The notes below the pieces were generated by a model. The model ran no database searches. It saw nothing but the letters and a program-made list of their open reading frames with translations, and had not been told where the DNA came from. The position numbers and the translations under genes were made by a program. DNA of 32,000 nt from Burkholderiaceae bacterium. Lineage in GTDB: Bacteria > Pseudomonadota > Gammaproteobacteria > Burkholderiales > Burkholderiaceae_C. Of the stretch, positions 9,274-18,402 are shown piece by piece (within the stretch, counting starts at the first letter, position 1; each line of letters begins with the position of its first letter). The stretch lies in the NCBI GenBank assembly GCA_965234735.1, contig OZ248542.1. One strand, 5' to 3'.

Positions 9274-10308
9274 ATGTACACCCAGTCTTTCAACGTGCCC
9301 GATGGGGCCGCAACCGCCAAACCCGTGGCCGCGGTGCCCACTGCCGCTCAGCAGCAAGTGCTGGACGCCGCCCAAATCAAGTTTGACGCCGTCATTGATG
9401 CCGACGGCAAGATCGAGCCCAAAGATTGGATGCCCGACGCTTACCGCAAAACTTTGGTGCGCCAAATCAGCCAGCACGCCCACAGTGAAATTGTCGGCAT
9501 GCTGCCCGAGGGCAACTGGATCAGCCGCGCCCCGAGCCTCAAGCGCAAAGCGATTCTGATTGCCAAGGTGCAAGACGAGGGCGGCCATGGCCTGTACCTG
9601 TACAGCGCCGCCGAAACCCTGGGCACCAGCCGCGACCAAATGCTGGACGCGCTGCACACCGGCCGCGCCAAGTACAGCTCGATCTTCAACTACCCCACGC
9701 TCACCTGGGCCGATGTCGGTGTCATCGGTTGGCTGGTCGACGGCGCGGCCATCATGAACCAGATTCCGCTGTGCCGCTGCTCGTATGGCCCCTACGCCCG
9801 TGCCATGGTGCGGGTTTGCAAGGAAGAAAGTTTTCACCAACGCCAAGGCTTTGAAGCCTTGCTGGCCATGATGCAAGGCACCGCCGCGCAACAAGCCATG
9901 GTGCAAGACGCGGTGAACCGCTGGTGGTGGAAATGCCTGGCCATGTTTGGCCCGCCCGACAGCGACAGCCCCAACAGCGTGCAAGGCATGCGCTGGGGCA
10001 TCAAGCGCATCTCTAATGACGACCTGCGGCAAAAATTTGTGGACGCCACCGTGCCGCAAGCCCAGGTCTTGGGCGTGAGCTTGCCCGACCCCGACCTGAA
10101 ATGGAACGAAGAACGTGGCCACCACGACTACGGCCAGATTGATTGGGACGAGTTTTGGGCCACGGTGAACGGCAACGGCCCGTGCAACAAAGAACGCTTG
10201 GCCACGCGGGTGAAAGCCCACGAAGACGGCCAATGGGTGCGCGAAGCCGCTTTGGCCCACGCGCAGAAAAAAGCCGCTCGCCAAGCTGCACAACAGGAGG
10301 CCGCATGA
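9274..10308 (+). CDS. paaA: 1,2-phenylacetyl-CoA epoxidase, catalytic subunit A
   Basis: 344 aa, ferritin-like di-iron oxygenase ([17 protein letters not shown] ... [13 protein letters not shown] ... [11 protein letters not shown]). First gene of the paaABCDE order. Confidence 0.95.
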   Translation: MYTQSFNVPDGAATAKPVAAVPTAAQQQVLDAAQIKFDAVIDADGKIEPKDWMPDAYRKTLVRQISQHAHSEIVGMLPEGNWISRAPSLKRKAILIAKVQDEGGHGLYLYSAAETLGTSRDQMLDALHTGRAKYSSIFNYPTLTWADVGVIGWLVDGAAIMNQIPLCRCSYGPYARAMVRVCKEESFHQRQGFEALLAMMQGTAAQQAMVQDAVNRWWWKCLAMFGPPDSDSPNSVQGMRWGIKRISNDDLRQKFVDATVPQAQVLGVSLPDPDLKWNEERGHHDYGQIDWDEFWATVNGNGPCNKERLATRVKAHEDGQWVREAALAHAQKKAARQAAQQEAA

Positions 10309-10607
10309 GCGATCAAGCACCCGCCATGAAAGAGTGGCCGCTGTGGGAAGTGTTTGTGCGCAGCAAACAAGGCCTGGAGCACAAACATTGCGGCAGCTTG
10401 CACGCAGCCGACGCACAGCAAGCCTTGCACATGGCGCGGGACGTTTATACGCGCCGCCAAGAAGGCGTGAGCATTTGGGTGTTGCCGTCAGCCGCCATCA
10501 CGGCCAGCGACCCCGAAGACAAAGACACCTTGTTCGAGCCTGCGCGTGACAAGGTGTACCGCCATCCCACCTTCTTTGTGATTCCGGACGAAGTGGGGCA
10601 CATGTGA
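10305..10607 (+). CDS. paaB: 1,2-phenylacetyl-CoA epoxidase subunit B
   Basis: ATGA overlap with the paaA stop. 100 aa: [41 protein letters not shown]..., typical of PaaB. Confidence 0.9.
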   Translation: MSDQAPAMKEWPLWEVFVRSKQGLEHKHCGSLHAADAQQALHMARDVYTRRQEGVSIWVLPSAAITASDPEDKDTLFEPARDKVYRHPTFFVIPDEVGHM

Positions 10608-11401
10608 GCGCGGTGGTTTCAACAGATGCAGCCGCCTTGGTGCTGCACCTGGCCGACAACGCGCTGATCTTGGCGCAACGCAATGCCGAGTGGTGTGGGC
10701 ACGGGCCCATTCTGGAAGAAGACTTGGCGCTGGCCAACAACGCCTTGGATTTGATGGGCCAAGCGCGTTTGCTCTACCAACATGTGGCGGCGCTGCGTCA
10801 AGACGGCAGCGATGAAGACCGCTTGGCGTATTTTCGCGATGCGTACGAATTCAAAAACCACACGCTGTTGGAGTTGCCGCATTCCACCGCACTGGCACCC
10901 ACGGCCAGTGGCGACCGTGACTACGCCGTCACCATCGTGCGCAATTTTTTGTACAGCAGCTTCATGGTGTTGGTGTGGGACGCTTTGCAACACGCCAACG
11001 ACCCGCAGCTGGCAGCGATTGCCAGCAAGTCGCGCAAAGAGGCGCTCTACCATGTGCAACATGCACAAGATTGGCTGATTCGTTTTGGCGATGGCACCCT
11101 AGAGTCGCACCAGAAAGCGCAAGCTGCCTTGAACCATTTGATGCCCTACACCCAAGCGTTTTGGTTGTTGGGCGAGGCTGAAGCAGCGGCTTTGCAACAT
11201 CTTGGCGTGGCGCACTTCAGCAGCTTGCAAAACGCCTGGCAAACCCAAGTGACCAGTGTCGTGGCAGAGGCCACACTTGCTATGCCAGCCGATGGCGGCT
11301 TTGTGCCGCAAGGCCATGCGGGTGTGCATTCCGAGCACTTGGGATTTTTGTTGGCCGAAATGCAAAGCCTGGCCCGTGCCCATCCGGATGGCGTGTGGTG
11401 A
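10604..11401 (+). CDS. paaC: 1,2-phenylacetyl-CoA epoxidase subunit C
   Basis: GTG start overlapping the paaB stop. 265 aa with the PaaC pattern (LADNALILAQRNAEWCGHGPILEEDLALANNALDLMGQAR). Confidence 0.9.
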   Translation: MSAVVSTDAAALVLHLADNALILAQRNAEWCGHGPILEEDLALANNALDLMGQARLLYQHVAALRQDGSDEDRLAYFRDAYEFKNHTLLELPHSTALAPTASGDRDYAVTIVRNFLYSSFMVLVWDALQHANDPQLAAIASKSRKEALYHVQHAQDWLIRFGDGTLESHQKAQAALNHLMPYTQAFWLLGEAEAAALQHLGVAHFSSLQNAWQTQVTSVVAEATLAMPADGGFVPQGHAGVHSEHLGFLLAEMQSLARAHPDGVW

Positions 11402-12018
11402 GTCTGTTGCCAGCCGTGAACCCGCACGGGCCACTCGATTTGCCGGATGCCGACCATCCGCACCATGCGCTGTGGCTGTTGCTGGAAAACGTGTGCGACC
11501 CTGAAATCCCGGTGGTGTCTTTGCGCGAGATGGGTGTGCTGCGCGACATCCGCGAGAGCGCCCAAGGTTTGCAAGTCATCATCACGCCCACCTACAGCGG
11601 ATGCCCGGCCATGACGCAAATGCACGACGATGTGCAAGCCGCCTTGGCCGCAGCGGGTGTGCAAGCGCAGGTCTTGACACAACTCGCACCAGCGTGGTCC
11701 ACCGATTGGTTGACCGATGAGGCAAGAGAAAAACTCAGGCGTTATGGCATTGCGCCGCCGAATGGCAATGCATCGCTGCATGGAAGTGCATCGCTGCACG
11801 GCCATGCATCTCAAACTGCTGAGGGTGCTGGCAGGGGCGGTGTTGTTTCCAACGTGGTGCTTTTCAGCCGCAGCACCTCACGCACAGACGATGTGGCCTG
11901 CCCGCAATGCAACTCCAGCAACACCACCGAGGTGTCGCGCTTTGGCTCGACCGCCTGCAAAGCCATGTACCGCTGTTTGGACTGCATGGAACCCTTCGAC
12001 TATTTCAAACCGTATTGA
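11395..12018 (+). CDS. paaD: Phenylacetate-CoA oxygenase subunit PaaD (PaaJ in some nomenclatures)
   Basis: GTG start overlapping the paaC stop. DUF59-like N-domain (VCDPEIPVVSLREMGVLRDI...TPTYSGCPAM) and a C-terminal Zn-ribbon (CPQCNSSNT...CKAMYRCLDCMEPFDYFK). It contains an extra repeat-bearing linker. Confidence 0.85.
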   Translation: MVSLLPAVNPHGPLDLPDADHPHHALWLLLENVCDPEIPVVSLREMGVLRDIRESAQGLQVIITPTYSGCPAMTQMHDDVQAALAAAGVQAQVLTQLAPAWSTDWLTDEAREKLRRYGIAPPNGNASLHGSASLHGHASQTAEGAGRGGVVSNVVLFSRSTSRTDDVACPQCNSSNTTEVSRFGSTACKAMYRCLDCMEPFDYFKPY

Positions 12019-12019
12019 C

Positions 12020-13108
12020 ATGAACACTTCCACCCGTTTCCATGCCTTGACCGTGGCCGCCGTGCGCCCCGAAGCAGGCGAGGCCGTGGTCATTCGATTC
12101 GCGGTGCCTGAGGCATTGCGCGATGCATTTGCTTTTCAGCCCGGGCAGTTCATCACGCTGCGTGCCGATGTGAATGGCGCGGATGTGCGCCGCAGTTATT
12201 CCATTTGCAGCACGCCGCAGTGGCTGGCGCAATCCGGCTTCGTGGAAGTGGGTGTGCGTGTGGTGCCCGATGGTGTGTTTTCCAACTGGTTGGCCACGCA
12301 TGTGAAGGCAGGCAGCAGCTTGCAAGTGATGCCGCCCGATGGGCGCTTCGTGTCCAAGCAGCCCAAAGCGATTCACCGTGTGGGGTTTGCGGCGGGCTCG
12401 GGCATCACCCCCATTCTGTCCATCATGCTGCACAGCCTGCAAACCCAAGCGCACAGCAAATTTTCATTGGTGTATGGCAACAAAAACATGGCCTCGGTCA
12501 TGTTCAACGAAACCTTGCAAGACTTGAAAGACCGCTACCCGGATCGCGTCACCTTGGTGCATGTGTTGTCGCGTCAATCGCAAGAAGCCGATTTGCTGGA
12601 GGGGCGGATTGACACCGCCAAAGTGCAGCGCTTGCTGTCAAGTTTGTTGCCGGCGAAAAGCATGGACGAGGTTTTTGTGTGCGGCCCCGAAGGCATGATT
12701 GAAACCACCTGCCAAGCTTTGATGGACGCTGGTGTGCCTGCCAACCGTGTGCATGCCGAACGCTTTGCGTCTGCCTCAACACCCGCCTCACCTCGCCAAG
12801 CCAACATCGCCAGCAAGCACACAGAGCCAGCCGTGGCGCTCACCCTGGTGCTTGATGGCAAAACGCATCACTTGCGCATGAATGCGGATGAACGCATCTT
12901 GGATGTTGCCTTGACGGCGGGCCTGGACTTGCCGCATTCCTGCAAGGGCGGTGTGTGTTGCACCTGCCGCGCCAAAGTCACGCAAGGCAGCGTGGCCATG
13001 GAGAAAAATTTCACACTGGAAGCATGGGAAACCGCGCAAGGCTTTGTGCTGTCGTGCCAGTCCAAGCCCACCAGCGCCGCCGTGACCCTGAGTTTTGATG
13101 AACGTTAA
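12020..13108 (+). CDS. paaE: Phenylacetate-CoA oxygenase reductase subunit (FNR-like plus plant-type 2Fe-2S ferredoxin)
   Basis: In-frame ATG at 12020, 2 nt after the paaD stop. RSYSICS flavin-binding motif, GSGITP NAD-binding motif, C-terminal CKGGVCCTCRAKV...LSCQ 2Fe-2S motif. Confidence 0.9.
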   Translation: MNTSTRFHALTVAAVRPEAGEAVVIRFAVPEALRDAFAFQPGQFITLRADVNGADVRRSYSICSTPQWLAQSGFVEVGVRVVPDGVFSNWLATHVKAGSSLQVMPPDGRFVSKQPKAIHRVGFAAGSGITPILSIMLHSLQTQAHSKFSLVYGNKNMASVMFNETLQDLKDRYPDRVTLVHVLSRQSQEADLLEGRIDTAKVQRLLSSLLPAKSMDEVFVCGPEGMIETTCQALMDAGVPANRVHAERFASASTPASPRQANIASKHTEPAVALTLVLDGKTHHLRMNADERILDVALTAGLDLPHSCKGGVCCTCRAKVTQGSVAMEKNFTLEAWETAQGFVLSCQSKPTSAAVTLSFDER

Positions 13109-13120
13109 ACAAAGACACCT

Positions 13121-15166
13121 ATGACACACACCCTTCAAAGTTACATCGCTGGCCAATGGCTGGGCCAGCAATCTGCACAAACTTTGCGCAGCGCCATCAA
13201 CGGTCAAACCGTGGCCACCACCCATGCCGAAGCCATTGATTTTGAGAGCGCGGTGCACCATGCACGCAGCGTGGGTTTGAACAACCTTATGGCCATGGAT
13301 TTTCAAGAACGTGCCCAACGCTTGAAAGCCTTGGCCAAGTACTTGATGGACCACAAAGAAACTTTGTATGCCATCTCAGCGCATACCGGGGCCACGAAAG
13401 CCGACAGTTGGATTGACATCGATGGCGGTGCTGGCACTTTGTATGCGTATGCAGGCATGGGCAGCAACGAACTGCCTTCGGGCAATGTGATCCATGAAGG
13501 CCCTGCGTTTTCATTGGGCAAAAAAGGCGGCTTTGCGGGTACACACATCTTGGTGCCGCGCGGTGGAGTGGCAGTGCACATCAACGCCTTCAACTTCCCC
13601 GTGTGGGGCTTGTTGGAAAAATTCGCACCCAGCTTTTTGGCAGGCATGCCTTGCATTGGCAAGCCCGCCACCGCCACCAGTTACCTCACCGAAGCCGCAG
13701 TGCGTTTGATGTTGGATTCGGGCTTGTTGCCTGAGGGCAGTTTGCAATTGGTGATTGGCGGCACCGGCGATTTGCTCGACAGACTCGACGTGTCCGATGT
13801 CGTCACCTTCACGGGCTCGGCAGACACGGCTGCCAAGTTGCGGGTGCATCCCAACTTGGTGAAGAACAGCATTCCATTCAATGCCGAAGCCGATTCGCTC
13901 AACTGCGCCATCCTCGGCCCCGATGTCAGCCCGGATGACGAAGAGTTCGATCTTTTTGTGAAAGAAGTGGCGAAAGAAATCACCACCAAAGCAGGCCAAA
14001 AATGCACCGCCATCCGCCGCGCCATCGTGCCTGCCAAACACCTGGATGCCGTTGCTGAAAAGCTCATTGCGCGATTGTCGAAAACCGTGGTCGGTGACCC
14101 GTCTGTGGAAGGTGTGCGCATGGGCGCATTGGCCTCCCATGCACAACGCGATGACGTGGCTGACAAAGTGGCCTTGCTGAAACAACACGCCAAATTGTTG
14201 TTGGGTGGCAGCGCCGATGTGAAACTGGTGGGCGAGGGCGTGGACCAAGGGGCCTTCTTCGCACCCACCGTGTTGGTCTGTGACAAACCCCTCAGCACCT
14301 CGTCCGTACATGATGTGGAAGCCTTTGGCCCGGTCAGCACCTTGATGCCTTACGCGGATGTGGAAGAAGCCTTGGCGATTGCCAAGTTGGGCAAAGGCAG
14401 TTTGGTGGGCAGCTTGATCACGCGCGACCCCGCCGTGGCTGTGAAAGTGGTGCATGCGGCGGCGGCGTGGCATGGCCGCATGTTGATCTTGGACCGCGAA
14501 GCCGCGGTGGAATCCACAGGCCACGGCTCGCCCTTGCCGCAACTCAAACACGGCGGCCCTGGCCGCGCAGGCGGTGGCGAAGAGTTGGGTGGTTTGCGGG
14601 CGGTCACGCACTACATGCAGCGCACGGCGTTGCAAGGCTCACCCAGCATGTTGGCCGCCATCACCGGCGAATTCATGCGTGGTGCCAAAGTGAACGACAC
14701 CCACTTGCACCCGTTCAGAAGTTATTTTGAAGAACTGCAAATTGGCGACTCCTTGTTGACCCACAGACGCACCGTGACCGAAGCGGATGTGGTGAACTTC
14801 GGCGGCATTTCGGGTGACTATTTCTACATGCACTTTGATGAAGAAGCCGCCAAAAACTCCGCCTTTGGCAAACGCATCGCGCATGGTTATTTCGTGTTGT
14901 CTGCGGCGGCGGGTTTGTTCGTGTCACCCGCCGTGGGCCCGGTCTTGGCCAACTACGGTTTGGACACCTTGCGCTTTGTGAAGCCGGTGGGCATTGGCGA
15001 CACCATCCAAGCGCGGCTCACTGCGAAACGCAAAATCGACCGCCGCAAACGCGACGCCAACGGCGTGGGCCAAGGCGTGGTGGCTTGGGACGTGGAAGTC
15101 ACCAACCAATTGGGTGAGGTGGTGGCCAGCTATGACATCTTGACCTTGGTGGCCAAAAAGACCTGA
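13121..15166 (+). CDS. paaZ: Bifunctional PaaZ (oxepin-CoA hydrolase / 3-oxo-5,6-dehydrosuberyl-CoA semialdehyde dehydrogenase)
   Basis: 681 aa. N-terminal aldehyde dehydrogenase domain (FTGSADTA...GQKCTAIRR) fused to a C-terminal MaoC-like hotdog hydratase (SGDYFYMHFDEEAAKNSAFGKRIAHGY). Confidence 0.9.
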   Translation: MTHTLQSYIAGQWLGQQSAQTLRSAINGQTVATTHAEAIDFESAVHHARSVGLNNLMAMDFQERAQRLKALAKYLMDHKETLYAISAHTGATKADSWIDIDGGAGTLYAYAGMGSNELPSGNVIHEGPAFSLGKKGGFAGTHILVPRGGVAVHINAFNFPVWGLLEKFAPSFLAGMPCIGKPATATSYLTEAAVRLMLDSGLLPEGSLQLVIGGTGDLLDRLDVSDVVTFTGSADTAAKLRVHPNLVKNSIPFNAEADSLNCAILGPDVSPDDEEFDLFVKEVAKEITTKAGQKCTAIRRAIVPAKHLDAVAEKLIARLSKTVVGDPSVEGVRMGALASHAQRDDVADKVALLKQHAKLLLGGSADVKLVGEGVDQGAFFAPTVLVCDKPLSTSSVHDVEAFGPVSTLMPYADVEEALAIAKLGKGSLVGSLITRDPAVAVKVVHAAAAWHGRMLILDREAAVESTGHGSPLPQLKHGGPGRAGGGEELGGLRAVTHYMQRTALQGSPSMLAAITGEFMRGAKVNDTHLHPFRSYFEELQIGDSLLTHRRTVTEADVVNFGGISGDYFYMHFDEEAAKNSAFGKRIAHGYFVLSAAAGLFVSPAVGPVLANYGLDTLRFVKPVGIGDTIQARLTAKRKIDRRKRDANGVGQGVVAWDVEVTNQLGEVVASYDILTLVAKKT

Positions 15167-15295
15167 AGCGAGGCCCATGCTTTGGCGCTGGGTCAGACCA
15201 GCCTAAAGCCTTGGTACCGTGGGCAGGTAAGCCATTCGTACAACAAATCCCCCTTGTTCGCACGCTGGGAGCCATAAGCCTTTAAAGTGTTGCGG

Positions 15296-16255
15296 ATGAA
15301 AAACCTCGCTGCTTTTTTACTCTGCTGTGTCCAAGGGCTGGCTTTTGCGCAAGACATGCCGCCACTCAAGAGCTGGGTTGACCAACACCCACAGTGGCGC
15401 GACAACAAAACCGAATTGGCCTACCTGTCGAACCGGTGTGCCAGTGCTTTTGATTTGGTTGGCAACCATTTCGCTGTTCATGCTGCACTGGATGAACAGC
15501 TTCGCAGTGCCAATATCTTTCTCAACCACAGCGATACCTATGTTCGGATTGGTTATTTTTTAACCATCAAACAAGGTTCTTCTGAAACCCAAGCGCTGGA
15601 GAACTACAACTTCATCAACAGCACCTATGCCAAGTGGATGAAAGACAACTTGGCGAACACGGGCGATGTCATGCAAGCGCCGTTGAGTGATGATGTGGAG
15701 TTGTGTTTGTTGCATTACCGCGCGGTTCAGATCATGGCTCGCGAGTTGGAGCTGGAATTCGCCACCAACAAACCTGCCACACCCGACATGATTCAAAACG
15801 TTGATAAAAAGTTGGACATGGCGGTTTTGCAAATCATTTGGACCTTCATCAAAACAGAGACTGCTGGGCCTTCAGACTTTCCGATGCCGCAAGTGGTGGT
15901 GGACGCCAGCTTGCCGCTGAACGCCCGTATGGTGTTTCAATACCCTTCGAATGACCAGCCCAACAACACATTGCAAATAGGCGTGTCACCGCGCACCTTG
16001 AGCGCTTGGAGTCGTGGCATGGTGAGTTGGGCCGCTGGGCACGAGCTGACCCACTATGCTTTTTTGATGCGCGACAACGGCTGGGTTCGGCAAGACAAAT
16101 ACCAAAGCAACACCAAGCACCACTGCAACCCCGATTTCATTCGCCTGACCACCTCCATTGCAGATTTGATTTCAGATGAACTCACCAATGGCAAAGACCG
16201 CTTGCGCATGTACTCCGAGGTGTTTCGCAGTTGCTCTCGGCACCCCGAGCAATAA
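15296..16255 (+). CDS. Secreted hypothetical protein with an HExxH motif (possible zinc metallopeptidase-like)
   Basis: The ATG at 15296 gives the signal peptide MKNLAAFLLCCVQGLAFAQD. There is a single HELTH motif (WAAGHELTHYAF). I recognise no family. Confidence 0.6.
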   Translation: MKNLAAFLLCCVQGLAFAQDMPPLKSWVDQHPQWRDNKTELAYLSNRCASAFDLVGNHFAVHAALDEQLRSANIFLNHSDTYVRIGYFLTIKQGSSETQALENYNFINSTYAKWMKDNLANTGDVMQAPLSDDVELCLLHYRAVQIMARELELEFATNKPATPDMIQNVDKKLDMAVLQIIWTFIKTETAGPSDFPMPQVVVDASLPLNARMVFQYPSNDQPNNTLQIGVSPRTLSAWSRGMVSWAAGHELTHYAFLMRDNGWVRQDKYQSNTKHHCNPDFIRLTTSIADLISDELTNGKDRLRMYSEVFRSCSRHPEQ

Positions 16256-16261
16256 GCGGTT

Positions 16262-16879
16262 TTAGAAAAAGTTTTTGCCAACGCCCAAGAGCGTGGCCAC
16301 GCCCAGCACTGCAAATATCGCCGCTGCGATGGTGTGCACCAAACGCATGGGGATTTTGTCAGCCAGTTTGTTACCCACAAACACGGCGGGCACATCGGCA
16401 ATCAGCATGCCCAAGGTGGTGCCCACCACCACCATCAGCGGCATGGCATAGTGCGCCGCCAAGGCGACGGTGGCGATTTGGGTTTTGTCACCCATCTCCG
16501 CCAAAAAGAAGGTGACGAAGGTGGCACCAAACACGCCCAGCTTGTGCGCCACTTCGGTTTCTTCTTCTTCAATTTTGTCGGGTATCAAGGTCCACACGGC
16601 CATGCCAATGAAGGACGCGCCCAACAACCAACGCAAGATGGACGGGTCCACCGCGTTGGTGATGTACGCACCCAAGGCACCGGCCAAGCCGTGGTTCAGA
16701 ATGGTGGCCACCAAAATGCCCGCGATGATGGGCAGTGGTTTTTTGAAACGTGCGGCCAAGATGAAGGCCAGCAATTGGGTTTTGTCGCCAATCTCGGCCA
16801 GTGCCACCACACCGGTGGACACCAATAAAGCTTGCAAGGTTTGGGAGGAGAAGGAAAGGTATTCCAAGAGCGCTTTCAA
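16262..16879 (-). CDS. GDT1/TMEM165 (UPF0016) family cation (Mn2+/Ca2+) transporter
   Basis: Two copies of the E-x-G-D-K-T motif (LAEIGDKTQ and LAEMGDKTQ) in a 6-TM protein. The start is uncertain: the track start at 16879 is TTG, and an in-frame TTG at 16837 would give the usual short N-terminus. Confidence 0.85.
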   Translation of the reverse strand: MKALLEYLSFSSQTLQALLVSTGVVALAEIGDKTQLLAFILAARFKKPLPIIAGILVATILNHGLAGALGAYITNAVDPSILRWLLGASFIGMAVWTLIPDKIEEEETEVAHKLGVFGATFVTFFLAEMGDKTQIATVALAAHYAMPLMVVVGTTLGMLIADVPAVFVGNKLADKIPMRLVHTIAAAIFAVLGVATLLGVGKNFF

Positions 16880-16910
16880 AGGGCGATGGACGAGCCGAGA
16901 ATGTTCATTG

Positions 16911-16941
16911 AAAAAGCCCTTGATGCGGACATCAAGGGCTT
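16911..16941 (-). terminator. Intrinsic terminator downstream of the tRNA
   Basis: 11-bp perfect stem AAGCCCTTGAT / ATCAAGGGCTT with a 6-nt loop, followed on the minus strand by a T5 run. Confidence 0.6.
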
Positions 16942-16945
16942 GATT

Positions 16946-17022
16946 TGGTGGCGCTTCACGGATTCGAACCGCGGACCTGTGGATTATGATTCCATCGCTC
17001 TAACCGACTGAGCTAAAGCGCC
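16946..17022 (-). tRNA. tRNA with CAT anticodon (elongator tRNA-Met, or tRNA-Ile2 if C34 is lysidinylated)
   Basis: The reverse complement GGCGCTTTAGCTCAGTCGGTTAGAGCGATGGAATCATAATCCACAGGTCCGCGGTTCGAATCCGTGAAGCGCCACCA folds as a cloverleaf. It has a 7-bp acceptor, GCTC/GAGC D-stem, anticodon loop ATCATAA, CGCGG/CCGTG T-stem, TTCGAAT loop and encoded CCA. It is not initiator-like. Confidence 0.9.
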
Positions 17023-17095
17023 GAGCCGCAAATTATAGCGAGACTACGGTCTGGTCTATTGGGTAGTTTTTCAATGCAGCTTCAGCTTTGATTTT

Positions 17096-17245
17096 TCATT
17101 GACTGCCAGCACCCATGACAGCTGTGGTGACAGCAACACCAGAGGTCGTTGATATGCTGCTACTTGAACTGGTGCTGTTGGATCCAGCACCTCCGCCACC
17201 GCAAGCAACCAGCAACAGAGTCAATAAGAAGAATGAGATTTTCAT
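17096..17245 (-). CDS. Small putative lipoprotein (49 aa)
   Basis: The internal ATG gives MKISFFLLTLLLVAC with a lipobox (LLVAC), then a Gly/Ser/Thr-rich tail. It lies 5 nt downstream of the previous gene. Its short length keeps confidence low. Confidence 0.4.
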   Translation of the reverse strand: MKISFFLLTLLLVACGGGGAGSNSTSSSSSISTTSGVAVTTAVMGAGSQ

Positions 17246-17249
17246 GGCA

Positions 17250-17762
17250 TCAAATCTTTTGGCAAACGCCAACTGTGTCGTTGTCAATAAATTGAATCAA
17301 ATATGTATTTTTGCCATTCACAGGCAATACTTGAAATGATGGAAAGTGACCTGCGGTACCTGCTTTTTGAGAAACCAAAGCAGCACCCTCAAAATAGCCA
17401 CCACTTACTTCAAACTCATAAGACATTGCTTCTAGTTTGGCTCCTTTAGGGTAATTTACAGTGTCAACTAGCTCAAGTTTATTGATTGATCCCACAATTG
17501 TTTTGTTGTCAAAGTTGATGATGCCCATGCCATCCAATGCTTGATCTCCGCTGGGCGTAACGCCTTTGCGAGTCATGTACATCGCAATACCGCATGAACC
17601 TGAAAGGGTAGGAGTGGACACCACAGCATTTGAAGTAGGTGTGAACGTGGACAAGCTTGCGCCCACGGCAAGTGCAATAGCTACAGAAGAAATATAAATG
17701 GGAAGTTTGAATTGCACGTTAGGTCCTTGGGTTGAAATAAGCAAACCCATTGTCATAGACAA
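17250..17762 (-). CDS. Hypothetical secreted protein
   Basis: 170-aa ORF in AT-rich DNA with a hydrophobic signal-like segment (IYISSVAIALAVGASLSTFTPTSNA). No recognisable family. The true start may be internal. Confidence 0.55.
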   Translation of the reverse strand: MSMTMGLLISTQGPNVQFKLPIYISSVAIALAVGASLSTFTPTSNAVVSTPTLSGSCGIAMYMTRKGVTPSGDQALDGMGIINFDNKTIVGSINKLELVDTVNYPKGAKLEAMSYEFEVSGGYFEGAALVSQKAGTAGHFPSFQVLPVNGKNTYLIQFIDNDTVGVCQKI

Positions 17763-17980
17763 GCTTCATTTATCAAAGTCCCAAAAATAGCTCATTTCAA
17801 TCAGATATGTAAATAAATTTGATATGCAATGGCTTCTGAATGAATTTATTGCTGATAAACATCAGGCTGAATGAGGTCGCTGCAATAAGTGCATGTGAAA
17901 ACTTAACTCGCGAGGCGATTAGTGGAAATGATTGACAGTTGAAATCTATATTGGATGTCGTTTCTTATGACTCTTACCCT

Positions 17981-18067
17981 GCGTCCAGCAACAGCTCGGT
18001 TGATCAGATGTCGGGTGAACCGACACTTCAGCATCAGGGTCTGAAGTTGATTGGCCGTGGTTGCTGG
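17981..18067 (+). repeat. Island repeat family, most complete copy (87 nt, Y-shaped fold)
   Basis: GCGTCCAGCAAC box. Outer 8-bp stem CCAGCAAC (17985-92) / GTTGCTGG (18060-67). An 11-bp helix 17997-18007 / 18047-18057 contains four G:T pairs. Hairpin TGTCGG-GTGAA-CCGACA at 18009-25 and hairpin CTTCAG-N9-CTGAAG at 18026-46. Confidence 0.8.
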
Positions 18068-18111
18068 TTGGCTTTAATGAAAGTATTCCACGACGAAGTC
18101 AAGCCTACAAG

Positions 18112-18402
18112 TCAGCGCCTATATATTTCCTTGCGGTTACCAACCCGCAAGACCAAGATCACCAGTCGATCATCTTCTATGCTGGCAATGATTCTGATGT
18201 CACCCAATCGGTATTTCCAGAAGTCACCAAGCTCAGAACCTTTCAGGGCTTGACCAATACTCCTTGGATCTTTGACGCTTTGAAGTCTGGTTCTTAGAAA
18301 CTGTATGACTCTGCGAGCTACTTGAGGGTCTAGTTTGCCAAGCTCTTTCTTGGCGGCTTCATCAATTTCAATTTGCCAAGCCAAGCTCTTGCTCCACAGC
18401 AC
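18112..18402 (-). CDS. Type II toxin, RelE/ParE superfamily
   Basis: WQIEIDEAAKKELGKLDPQVARRVIQFL...LKGSELGDFWKYRLGDIRIIASIEDDRLVILVLRVGNRKEIYR is a canonical RelE/StbE pattern. It overlaps the antitoxin stop. The true start may be the TTG at 18384. Confidence 0.85.
   Translation of the reverse strand: MLWSKSLAWQIEIDEAAKKELGKLDPQVARRVIQFLRTRLQSVKDPRSIGQALKGSELGDFWKYRLGDIRIIASIEDDRLVILVLRVGNRKEIYRR

Noticed and set aside
9238-10416. 392-aa ORF on the minus strand opposite paaA. Similar long antisense ORFs lie at 13511..14635 opposite paaZ, 6877..8055 and 4873..5898 opposite the RND permease, and 12788..13354 and 11146..11814 opposite paaE/paaD.
   Set aside because: Each lies antisense to a gene with unmistakable family motifs. 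Their translations are Arg/Gly/His/Ala-rich with no motifs. This is the usual stop-codon-poor shadow frame of GC-rich DNA.
16880-16945. Possible yybP-ykoY (Mn2+) riboswitch upstream of the GDT1/TMEM165 transporter gene.
   Set aside because: Only about 65 nt separate the ORF start from the tRNA, and half of that is the tRNA terminator hairpin. This is too short for the four-helix riboswitch, and I see no conserved L1/L3 motifs.
17939-18253. 104-aa plus-strand ORF, and neighbours 18061..18297, 18335..18544 and 18373..18636.
   Set aside because: They overlap the structured repeat and run antisense to the clearly recognisable RelE/RHH genes. They have no RBS and no motifs.
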